Assembly: GCA_018054835.1 (NCBI GenBank)
Contig: JAGPIS010000001.1
Coordinates: forward strand, 1-37,010
Length of the DNA stretch: 37,010 nucleotides
Direction: 5' to 3'
Source: Breznakibacter sp.
GTDB taxonomy: Bacteria; Bacteroidota; Bacteroidia; Bacteroidales; Marinilabiliaceae
Shown here: positions 1 to 9,342 of the stretch, in pieces
Position numbering within the stretch: position 1 is the stretch's first letter
Layout: every line of letters starts with the position of its first letter
The notes under the pieces: generated by a model
The model's input: the letters and a program-made list of their open reading frames with translations, nothing else
Databases searched by the model: none
What the model was told of the DNA's origin: nothing
Position numbers and translations under genes: made by a program

Positions 1-566
1 TCGAAGTGATTAGGAACTACATCATCCAATTCTTCAAGAAGGAGAAGGAGATCACCCCTTTTGTGTTTGTCGATGCCGAACGCGAAGTCGTTCAAACCTT
101 CACCACGCCGGCAGGCATCGAAATCAAACTGGGGGGCTTCATCGACCGCTTGCACAGAAAGGATGGCGCCTTGCACATCATCGACTACAAAACCGGTTCG
201 GGGAAATCGGATGTGGCCAACATTGAGGATTTGTTCGACGCGAAAAAACACAAGGACAATAAAGCCATCTTCCAAACCTTATTATACGGTTTGTTGATCA
301 ATCCCGCCGATGATGGGGCTGAAACAGTACAGCCAGGCATTTCGTGGATGAAAAACCTGTTCAAAAACGACTACAACACCAATGTTTATATCAAACCGCC
401 ACGGGGGGAGGCCAGCCTAGTGGAGTACAATGCCATAAAAGAAGCCTTCAGGGGGGAGCTTGGCCGCTTGATCGACAGCCTATTTGATGCCGGGAACGAC
501 TTTTGCCAAACCAGCAACGAAAAGTCATGCAGCTATTGCACCTTTAAAAACCTATGCAACCGTTAA
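1..566 (+). CDS. PD-(D/E)XK nuclease family protein, C-terminal part (AddB/RecB-like nuclease domain); 5' end lies outside the window
   Basis: The frame stays open to the window edge. It carries 'LHIIDYKTGSG' (the hhDYK PD-(D/E)XK motif). The C-terminal 'CSYCTFKNLC' is a CxxCx5C pattern, as in AddB/Cas4-type iron-staple nucleases. Stop at 564-566. Confidence 0.6.
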   Translation, partial: EVIRNYIIQFFKKEKEITPFVFVDAEREVVQTFTTPAGIEIKLGGFIDRLHRKDGALHIIDYKTGSGKSDVANIEDLFDAKKHKDNKAIFQTLLYGLLINPADDGAETVQPGISWMKNLFKNDYNTNVYIKPPRGEASLVEYNAIKEAFRGELGRLIDSLFDAGNDFCQTSNEKSCSYCTFKNLCNR

Positions 567-573
567 CAAACAA

Positions 574-604
574 GGCGGGCAGAAAATTCATATTCCTGCA
601 CGCC
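574..604. terminator. Hairpin between convergent genes (putative bidirectional terminator)
   Basis: GGCGGGCAG (574-582) pairs with CTGCACGCC (596-604) with one central mismatch. A T-rich tract follows on the minus strand. It sits between the nuclease stop (566) and the trmD stop (614). Confidence 0.45.
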
Positions 605-613
605 TCTATTATA

Positions 614-1291
614 TTATTGGTTCAACAAATCGGGGCGCAAAAGGCGGGTCCGTTCAAAGGCCTGCTGTTCGCGCCATAAGTCAATTTTGGCCTCATGACC
701 ACTAAGCAGGATATCGGGCACGCGCCACCCGTTAAACTCAGCCGGGCGAGTATAAACAGGAGGTGAGAGCAGATTGTCCTGGAACGAATCGGTCAACGCC
801 GAGGTTTCATCCGATATAACACCCGGAATCAGGCGGATTACCGCATCCACCACCACCGCAGCAGCCAGTTCTCCCCCAGTAAGGACGAAGTCGCCAATAG
901 ATATTTCACCGGTGATATAATGTTCCCGCACCCGGTGGTCAATGCCCTTATAGTGGCCACAAAGAATCATCACATTGCCAGAAAGGGAGAGCGTATTGGC
1001 CATTTTTTGATTAAAAGTCTTACCATCGGGCGTCATAAACAAAATATGGTCGTAGTCGCGTTGCGATTTCAAATCTTCTATGCAAGCGGCAATGGGTTCA
1101 ATCATCATCACCATGCCGGCGCCACCACCAAAGGGGTAATCGTCCACACGTTTGTGCTTGTCGGTGGAGTAGTTGCGGATGTCATGAGTCACAATCTCAA
1201 CCATACCACGTTCGCGGGCTCTACGGATAATGGATTCACTAAATGGGCCCTCGAACATCTGTGGGAAGAGCGTTAAAATATCAATGCGCAT
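614..1291 (-). CDS. trmD: tRNA (guanine37-N1)-methyltransferase TrmD
   Basis: Full-length similarity pattern: '[17 protein letters not shown]', 'GGGAGMVM', '[11 protein letters not shown]', '[11 protein letters not shown]'. I prefer the ATG at 1289-1291 over the TTG at 1300 used in the ORF track. Confidence 0.93.
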   Translation of the reverse strand: MRIDILTLFPQMFEGPFSESIIRRARERGMVEIVTHDIRNYSTDKHKRVDDYPFGGGAGMVMMIEPIAACIEDLKSQRDYDHILFMTPDGKTFNQKMANTLSLSGNVMILCGHYKGIDHRVREHYITGEISIGDFVLTGGELAAAVVVDAVIRLIPGVISDETSALTDSFQDNLLSPPVYTRPAEFNGWRVPDILLSGHEAKIDLWREQQAFERTRLLRPDLLNQ

Positions 1292-1311
1292 ATTCAGCAA
1301 TTAAATTTGTG

Positions 1312-1319
1312 CAAAGTTA
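1312..1319 (-). promoter_or_regulatory. Bacteroidota-type -7 promoter element (TAACTTTG on minus strand) for trmD
   Basis: Exact match to TAnnTTTG about 20 nt upstream of the trmD ATG. Confidence 0.45.
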
Positions 1320-1503
1320 ATTTAAAAAATGGCATGCCGAATGGTTTTCAAACTTCATAAAGGGCTAAAAAAAGCAACAAAAGCCCCTTTATAAAAAAAA
1401 TAATGCATTTTTCAAAAAAATATTTTTCCTATTGGCCGATTAGCAATATATTCGTAAAAAATATATTAACAGGTTTTTATAACCGTTTTAGTACTGCACC
1501 CAT

Positions 1504-3396
1504 ATGGAAACAAAGGACCTAAACAATCCGGTTCAACCTGAACTGAATTTGAATTCAACCCAACCGGTTGAAAATGCGAACACCAGCGAGCCATCCGAAG
1601 AAAGTGTTGAATCAGAAATCAGCCATCAGGAAAATGAAACATCACACATCGATGACGATTCATCAAATACGGAACAGATTAAATTGGAAGCTTTCACCAA
1701 GGAAGAGTTGGTAGCAAGAGCCGTAGAACTATATGGCAGCCACCATTTTGAACATTTCGGCCAAGAAATTGAAAATATCAGGGCTGAATTTTACAAAAAG
1801 CACAAACAAGAGGTTGACCAGTTGCGAGCCCAACACGAGGCAGCAGGGGAGCATGCTGAAGCTTTTGCTTCAACGCCTGATCCATTGGAGCAAAAATTGA
1901 AAGAGATCTATCAAGAGTATAAGAATAAAAAGCACCAACACCATATTCAAGTAGAGCGGGAAAAAGATTCGAACTACGAACAAAAAATGGCCATCATCGA
2001 GGGCATCAAGGATTTGGTGAACCGCCAGGAATCGCTCAACAACACCTTCAACGAGTTCAAGGAGTTGCAGCAAAAATGGCACGAAACAGGGCCCGTCCCA
2101 CAGGATAAGGTGCGCGATCTTTACGAAAACTACAACCTCAGCATTGAGAATTTTTACGGATACATTAAGATCAACAAGGAGTTGAGGGATCTGGATTTGA
2201 AAAAGAACCTGGAAGCCAAGGTTGATTTATGCGAAAAAGCTGAAAAACTGGTTTTGGAAACCTCCATCATCAAAGCATTTCAGACCCTGCAGAAATATCA
2301 TGAGTTGTGGCGTGAAATAGGCCCGGTGCCCCGCGAGAAGAAAGATGAAATATGGGAGCGCTTCAAAGAGGCCACCACACTCATCAACAAAAAGCACCAG
2401 GAGTATTTTGAAAGCATGAAAGAGCAGCTTTCGAAAAATCTGGAAGCCAAAACCGAATTGTGCGAGAAAGCAGAAGCATTACTGAAAGATGCGCTTGAAA
2501 CGCCCAAGGATTGGGAAAACAAAAGTAACGAGCTGATTGAGCTCCAAAATATTTGGAAAACCATTGGTTTTGCCCCAAAAAAGGAAAACACACTGATTTA
2601 TGAAAGGTTCCGCACTGGATGCGATGATTTCTTCAACGCCAAACGTGAATTTTTCAAACACTACAAGTCGGATCAAATCAACAATCTCCAGTTAAAAACG
2701 GAATTGTGCATGCAGGCAGAAAGCATGAAAGAGAGCAGCGACTGGAAAAAGACCACCGATGAATTCATCAAAATCCAGAAAAGATGGAAGGATATTGGGC
2801 CAGTACCACGCAAACACTCCGATGCTATTTGGAAACGTTTCAGAAGTGCATGCGATTACTTCTTCGAACAGAAAAGCAAGTTCTTCAGCCATATTGATGA
2901 ATCGCAGGAAGAGAACTTGGCCAAGAAGAAGGCTTTGATCGAAGAGCTGAAGCAATACCAGAACTCCGAGGATTCAGAATTAAACTTTAAAACCCTCCAG
3001 GATTTCCAACACCGTTGGAATGAAATTGGTCATGTGCCCATTGCCGATAAGGAGACGATCAACCAAGAGTTCAGAAGCCTGATCAATGCCCATTTCGACA
3101 GTTTGAATATGGATGAGTTCAACAAGAACATCCAGAAATTCAGGAACAAACTGGAAAACTACCGGTCGGAAACCAGCGCCCAGGAGCGGATCAATGTGGA
3201 GCGCAATAAAATCATCAACAAAATTAAGCAACTCGAAAACGACATCACGCTTTGGGAGAACAACATTGGATTTTTTGCCAAGTCGAAAAAATCGGATGCC
3301 CTGATACGCGATTTCACGCATAAGATAGAGAGCAGCCGGAAGAATATTGAGCTTTTGAATAAAAAGCTGGATATGATTGATGAGCAATCCAAATAA
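1504..3396 (+). CDS. DUF349 repeat-containing protein
   Basis: There are five or six tandem helical repeats, each carrying a W-x-x-(I/T)G-x-(V/A)P signature: 'KWHETGPVPQDK', 'LWREIGPVPREKKDEIWERF', 'IWKTIGFAPKKE', 'RWKDIGPVPRKHSDAIWKRF', 'RWNEIGHVPIAD'. The N-terminus is acidic and low-complexity. Confidence 0.8.
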   Translation: METKDLNNPVQPELNLNSTQPVENANTSEPSEESVESEISHQENETSHIDDDSSNTEQIKLEAFTKEELVARAVELYGSHHFEHFGQEIENIRAEFYKKHKQEVDQLRAQHEAAGEHAEAFASTPDPLEQKLKEIYQEYKNKKHQHHIQVEREKDSNYEQKMAIIEGIKDLVNRQESLNNTFNEFKELQQKWHETGPVPQDKVRDLYENYNLSIENFYGYIKINKELRDLDLKKNLEAKVDLCEKAEKLVLETSIIKAFQTLQKYHELWREIGPVPREKKDEIWERFKEATTLINKKHQEYFESMKEQLSKNLEAKTELCEKAEALLKDALETPKDWENKSNELIELQNIWKTIGFAPKKENTLIYERFRTGCDDFFNAKREFFKHYKSDQINNLQLKTELCMQAESMKESSDWKKTTDEFIKIQKRWKDIGPVPRKHSDAIWKRFRSACDYFFEQKSKFFSHIDESQEENLAKKKALIEELKQYQNSEDSELNFKTLQDFQHRWNEIGHVPIADKETINQEFRSLINAHFDSLNMDEFNKNIQKFRNKLENYRSETSAQERINVERNKIINKIKQLENDITLWENNIGFFAKSKKSDALIRDFTHKIESSRKNIELLNKKLDMIDEQSK

Positions 3397-3406
3397 ATCA
3401 TAAGAA

Positions 3407-3432
3407 AGCCGGTATAACAACCGGCTTTTTTT
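3407..3432 (+). terminator. Rho-independent terminator after the DUF349 gene
   Basis: AGCCGG (3407-3412) pairs with CCGGCT (3421-3426), followed by a T7 run. Confidence 0.75.
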
Positions 3433-3472
3433 AGATTATTACCTCTGGCATATTATTTTGCACCATTTTTAC

Positions 3473-3480
3473 TACCTTTG
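3473..3480 (+). promoter_or_regulatory. Bacteroidota-type -7 promoter element (TACCTTTG) for pyrG-yidC
   Basis: Exact TAnnTTTG about 58 nt upstream of the pyrG start. A TTTG lies at 3457-3460. Confidence 0.45.
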
Positions 3481-3526
3481 TGGCTTTAAAAACAGAAGAA
3501 AATACTTGTAATTAATTAACAATTAA

Positions 3527-5143
<1,617 letters not shown>

Positions 5144-5158
5144 TAGAAAACAATAACA

Positions 5159-6988
5159 ATGGATAAACAATCTATTACCGGTTTAGTACTTATTTTTTTA
5201 ATACTGGTACTCTTTTGGTGGATCAATGCCCCCAATGAAGAGCAACAAAAGAAATGGCAACAACATCACGACTCGGTTCGCAGGGTCGAGTTGGCGTATC
5301 AGGACAGTATGACCAAAGCCCAAGCTGCAAGGGAAATTGAAAATACAACTGCCGATTCAGCCACCGTGAGTCTTGAAAAATCGCAAACCTATGGCCTATT
5401 ATCAGAAGCCATTGAAGGCGAAAACCAGTTTTTCACAATCGAAAACAACCTGATGAAAATCACCCTTTCATCAAAAGGTGGACGTGTTTATTCGGTTGAG
5501 CTTAAGGATTACAAGACATTTGACAAAAACCCCTTGATCCTGTTCAATGGTGAAGAAAACCGATTTGGCTTCCCATTCAACTACAACAACCGGGTTTACC
5601 ACACCAACAACCTCTTTTTCAAAGCGAAGGAAGCCAATGCCGATGCCATTAAAATGGTTGTTGAAGCCGGTGAAGAGGGTCGCCTGACCTACTCCTACCA
5701 GCTAAAAAAGGATAGCTATATGGTCGATTTCTCCATCCAATCGGAGAATATGCAAAACATCATATCCATCAACACCCCATCCATCGACTTGGAGTGGTAT
5801 ATGAAAATGCCGGCACAGGAGAAAGCAAGAACCATGGAGATCCAGAACTCGGGTGTATATTACCGCTTCCACCAGGCCGACGTGGACTGGCTCAATGCCG
5901 CCAAACAGGACGAGGAAGACATACGCACCAAGGTGGATTGGGTGGCCTTCAAGGATCAATTCTTCTCTTCTATCTTGATTGCCAAAAGTCCGTTTACAGG
6001 AGCCAACATCACCTCGAGCCCCTACCCTGAAACCGACAAAACCAATCTCCGCGATGCAGAAGCAAAACTGGGTGTGCCATTCGATTTCAACCAATCAGCC
6101 AAGGCTGAATTTAACTTCTTCTTCGGCCCCAACTATTTCTATACCTTTAACCAGTATAAAGAGTTGGAATTGACCAAACTCATTCCATTAGGTTGGGGAA
6201 TCTTCGGATGGATCAACCGTTATGCCGTGATCCCTGTATTCAAATTCCTCGAAGGATTCATGGGCAACTATGGTCTGATCATCCTGATATTAACCATATT
6301 GATCAAACTGGTACTCTTCCCCTTCACCTACAAGTCGTACATGTCAACGGCCAAAATGAAGGTGCTGAAGCCGCAAATTGACGAAATCAACAACAAGATC
6401 CCCAAGGAAAAAGCGATGGAGCGCCAACAGGCCACCATGGCACTGTACAAGAAGGCAGGCGTCAATCCACTGGGCGGATGTTTGCCCATGTTGCTGCAAA
6501 TGCCCATTCTGATCGCCATGTTCCGATTCTTCCCGGCGTCCATTGAGCTGCGGCAGGAAGCTTTCCTGTGGGCCGATGACCTGTCATCGTACGATTCCAT
6601 ATTCAGTTTGCCATTCAACATCCCATTCTATGGCGATCATGTGAGTTTGTTCTGTTTGTTGATGTCGATCGTCAACATCATCTACACGCATATGAACTCC
6701 GAAATGACGCAATCGAGCAACCAGATGCCCGGCATGAAAACCATGATGTATATGATGCCGGTAATGTTCTTGTTCTTCTTCAACAGTTATGCTGCAGGTT
6801 TGAGCTATTACTATTTTGTTTCAACGGTTATCACCATCGGACAAACCCTCATCATCAGGCGGTTTGTGGATGAAAATGCCATTTTGATGCAGATTAAAGC
6901 CAACCAGAAAAAGCCTGTGAAGAAATCCAAGTTTGCCCAACGCCTCGAGGATATGGCGCGCCAACAGCAACAAATGAAAAAGAAATAA
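5159..6988 (+). CDS. yidC: Membrane protein insertase YidC (long Bacteroidota form)
   Basis: N-terminal TM segment, large periplasmic domain, then a conserved C-terminal core ('GWGIFGWINRY', 'PLGGCLPMLLQMPILIAMF', 'SYAAGLSYYYF') and a basic tail. It starts 15 nt after pyrG. Confidence 0.9.
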   Translation: MDKQSITGLVLIFLILVLFWWINAPNEEQQKKWQQHHDSVRRVELAYQDSMTKAQAAREIENTTADSATVSLEKSQTYGLLSEAIEGENQFFTIENNLMKITLSSKGGRVYSVELKDYKTFDKNPLILFNGEENRFGFPFNYNNRVYHTNNLFFKAKEANADAIKMVVEAGEEGRLTYSYQLKKDSYMVDFSIQSENMQNIISINTPSIDLEWYMKMPAQEKARTMEIQNSGVYYRFHQADVDWLNAAKQDEEDIRTKVDWVAFKDQFFSSILIAKSPFTGANITSSPYPETDKTNLRDAEAKLGVPFDFNQSAKAEFNFFFGPNYFYTFNQYKELELTKLIPLGWGIFGWINRYAVIPVFKFLEGFMGNYGLIILILTILIKLVLFPFTYKSYMSTAKMKVLKPQIDEINNKIPKEKAMERQQATMALYKKAGVNPLGGCLPMLLQMPILIAMFRFFPASIELRQEAFLWADDLSSYDSIFSLPFNIPFYGDHVSLFCLLMSIVNIIYTHMNSEMTQSSNQMPGMKTMMYMMPVMFLFFFNSYAAGLSYYYFVSTVITIGQTLIIRRFVDENAILMQIKANQKKPVKKSKFAQRLEDMARQQQQMKKK

Positions 6989-6992
6989 CCAC

Positions 6993-7026
6993 AAAAAAAC
7001 CGGTAGCAAAACTACCGGTTTTTTTT
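6993..7026. terminator. Bidirectional rho-independent terminator (yidC / lipid kinase gene)
   Basis: CCGGTAG (7000-7006) pairs with CTACCGG (7012-7018). An A7 run lies upstream and a T8 run downstream, so it reads as a terminator on both strands. Confidence 0.8.
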
Positions 7027-7039
7027 ATGTCGAATAAAA

Positions 7040-7987
7040 TCAACTGTTCCTAAAAGGGAATGAAGGCAGCATTTCGATTAAAGGATCCAACACAGAACCG
7101 CGGTTGAATTGTGCTGGCGGAACAATAACCTTTAGAGAAAGGGGCAAAATGGATATGTCCACGTCATTCCCTAGCATCAAGGGCTCGCCATCGACATGCC
7201 CCAACAAAGGCGTATCGTGCTGCACATGAATCTTCCGAGCCCGGATGATTTCATCGTATTTGCTCTTGTCTATCGACTGGTCGAGCAGAGATAAAAGCAA
7301 CGCGGGGCCTTCATATTTGGGAAAATCGGCCACCACACAAACATCTATCAACCCGTCATCGATGCGGGCACCAGGTGCAATATGCACATTATTGCCCCAT
7401 TGCGAAGAGTTGGCAAAACTGATCAAGAAAGCCTCCCGCTCCAACACATGTCCATCGATGGTCAGACGGTAGGATTCCGACTTGTAACTGGCAAACTCCT
7501 GGGTTATCAGCCGCATGTATTGCAAGGGGCCACGGCTTTTCACCTGCGAAAACTTCTCACTGATATAAGCATCGAAACCGATTCCTGCCACATTGAGCGA
7601 ATAGTGGTCATTGACTTTCAGCACATCAATCATCCTGCTGTTGAGGGAATTGATCATCGAAACAGCCTGTTTGATTTTCAACGGTATTTCCAAGAAACGG
7701 GCCAACCCATTGCCCGACCCTGTAGGAATAATGGCCAAAGCGGTATTGGAATGCACCAATCCGGCTCCCACTTCATTGACTGTGCCATCGCCACCAACCG
7801 CCACCATCACATCAACCTGGTTGGCCATTGATTTTGCCAGCTCATTGGCATGACCTCGGTATTGAGTATAAACTATATCGTATTCGATGGATTGGACATC
7901 AAGCTCCTCCTTGACAATCTTTTCCACAACTTTTTTCCGACCAACTCCGGATATCGGATTAATTAAAAACAAAATACGTTTCTTCAT
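7040..7987 (-). CDS. Diacylglycerol kinase-family lipid kinase (YegS/BmrU-like)
   Basis: 'ILFLINPISGVGRKK' at the N-terminus and the DAGK catalytic motif 'VAVGGDGTVNEV'. Length is 315 aa. Confidence 0.8.
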   Translation of the reverse strand: MKKRILFLINPISGVGRKKVVEKIVKEELDVQSIEYDIVYTQYRGHANELAKSMANQVDVMVAVGGDGTVNEVGAGLVHSNTALAIIPTGSGNGLARFLEIPLKIKQAVSMINSLNSRMIDVLKVNDHYSLNVAGIGFDAYISEKFSQVKSRGPLQYMRLITQEFASYKSESYRLTIDGHVLEREAFLISFANSSQWGNNVHIAPGARIDDGLIDVCVVADFPKYEGPALLLSLLDQSIDKSKYDEIIRARKIHVQHDTPLLGHVDGEPLMLGNDVDISILPLSLKVIVPPAQFNRGSVLDPLIEMLPSFPFRNS

Positions 7988-8206
7988 ATAGAATTTCTCA
8001 CGGTTGAGTACTAAAAATTAATGAAACAAGCCACCTTTGGGCTTTCCACCTCCTCTTTTTGCAAAAAGAATCACAAATTTAATAATTTCCATCCAGCAAC
8101 AGTGAAATGGACATAAAAAGAAAAATGATAAAAAATTCAATGATTGTGCATCAAAAATAAGATAATAAATAATAGAAGTATTAAATTCGCAGTAAACTTG
8201 ATAAAA

Positions 8207-8908
8207 ATGGACTATCTTATCTCATTAGACAAACAGTGGTTGCTTTTGATCAACAGCATGAATTCGCAGTTTGGCGATGTATTCTTCTTCATCTTCACGC
8301 AAACCATCACTTGGATTCCCCTGTATGTGCTATTGGCCTGGGCTTTTTTCAAGCATCAGGGCGTTAAAGGGATAATTTCCATTTTATTTATAGCACTAGT
8401 GATTACCATTTGCGACCAGATTGCCTCCAATGTTTTCAAGGAGTTGTTTGAACGTTACCGCCCATCTCACGATCCGGTTCTGAAAAACATGGTTCATCTG
8501 GTGGGTGGCAAAAGGGGTGGTTTGTACGGATTTATCTCCTCCCATGCAGCCAACTCGTTTGGCTTGGCATTTTTCACCATACTGATTTTTCGAAATTACG
8601 TATACACCAGTGCCATTCTTACTTGGGCTATACTGAACTCATATTCCAGAATTTATTTGGGTCTTCACTATCCCGGCGACATCCTTGGCGGGCTTGTTTG
8701 CGGAGTTGTTGTTGCATGGCTGATGTACCAACTATACTTATGGGTTATTCCCCGTTTTGTTGTTATCTCCTATTACAACAAACGCACCCTTAAAATGGCC
8801 ATCATGCGTCTATTCGACAAGAGAACCTTAACAATTCTTTCGCTAACCATTTTCATTATGATTGTCACGATGCTAATTACCTCCAAAGTGATTATGAAAC
8901 TTTTATAG
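8207..8908 (+). CDS. PAP2-family lipid phosphate phosphatase, integral membrane
   Basis: The three PAP2 motifs are present: 'KELFERYRPS' (KxxxxxxRP), 'FISSHAAN' (SxH) and 'SRIYLGLHYPGD' (SRxxxxxHxxxD). There are multiple TM helices. I prefer the ATG at 8207 over the TTG at 8144. Confidence 0.75.
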   Translation: MDYLISLDKQWLLLINSMNSQFGDVFFFIFTQTITWIPLYVLLAWAFFKHQGVKGIISILFIALVITICDQIASNVFKELFERYRPSHDPVLKNMVHLVGGKRGGLYGFISSHAANSFGLAFFTILIFRNYVYTSAILTWAILNSYSRIYLGLHYPGDILGGLVCGVVVAWLMYQLYLWVIPRFVVISYYNKRTLKMAIMRLFDKRTLTILSLTIFIMIVTMLITSKVIMKLL

Positions 8909-8981
8909 AAAAATTTTTGTTTTTTAAGAATAATGATTAATTTAGAAGAAGATAAAAGTGAAATCACTTAAATTAATCGTT

Positions 8982-9251
8982 ATGAGCACTACAATAACTT
9001 TTAATCAACTCAGGAAGATTAAAGATAGTCTTCCTGATGGCAGCATGAAATCCATTGCAGAGGAGTTAAACCTCGATGTAGAGACTGTGCGCAACTATTT
9101 TGGCGGCTGGAATTACAATCGGGGTAAATCATTGGGCGTTCATTTTGAAAAAGGGCCTGATGGAGGCATTGTTGAGCTGGATGACTCCACAATTCTGGAT
9201 TTTGCACAACAAATCCTCGATGGCAGGCGAATCGTAAAAAACAAAAGTTAA
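8982..9251 (+). CDS. Small hypothetical protein (about 89 aa), possibly HTH-like
   Basis: Intact ORF followed directly by a strong terminator. The segment 'MKSIAEELNLDVETVRNYF' resembles a helix-turn-helix. I recognise no family. ATG at 8982 (the ORF track uses the GTG at 8958). Confidence 0.45.
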   Translation: MSTTITFNQLRKIKDSLPDGSMKSIAEELNLDVETVRNYFGGWNYNRGKSLGVHFEKGPDGGIVELDDSTILDFAQQILDGRRIVKNKS

Positions 9252-9275
9252 ACCATAAAAAAGAAATATCAGACA

Positions 9276-9304
9276 ACCCTATTCCATACGAATAGGGTTT
9301 TTTT
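9276..9304 (+). terminator. Rho-independent terminator after the small ORF
   Basis: ACCCTATTC (9276-9284) pairs with GAATAGGGT (9290-9298), followed by a T7 run. Confidence 0.8.
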
Positions 9305-9342
9305 AAAGATCCTAAAACAAAGCCCCAAATCAAAAAAAATCC

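Noticed and set aside
1356-1392. A hairpin, CATAAAGGGC with GCCCCTTTAT (1-nt bulge), in the trmD / DUF349 divergent spacer.
   Set aside because: No T-run follows it on either strand, so it is not a terminator. It lies in a spacer where both genes start rather than end. It could be regulatory, but a single AT-flanked hairpin is weak evidence.
8144-8206. The N-terminal extension of the PAP2 ORF from a TTG start. Similar extended alternative starts appear in the ORF track at 12876 (Rrf2), 24686 (DUF1015), 22366 (DHOD-like), 11669 (rsmE), 32083 (Omp85-like) and 1300 (trmD).
   Set aside because: In each case an in-frame ATG a few codons downstream gives an N-terminus that matches the family's usual start or a proper signal peptide. 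The Rrf2 extension would also run through a terminator hairpin.
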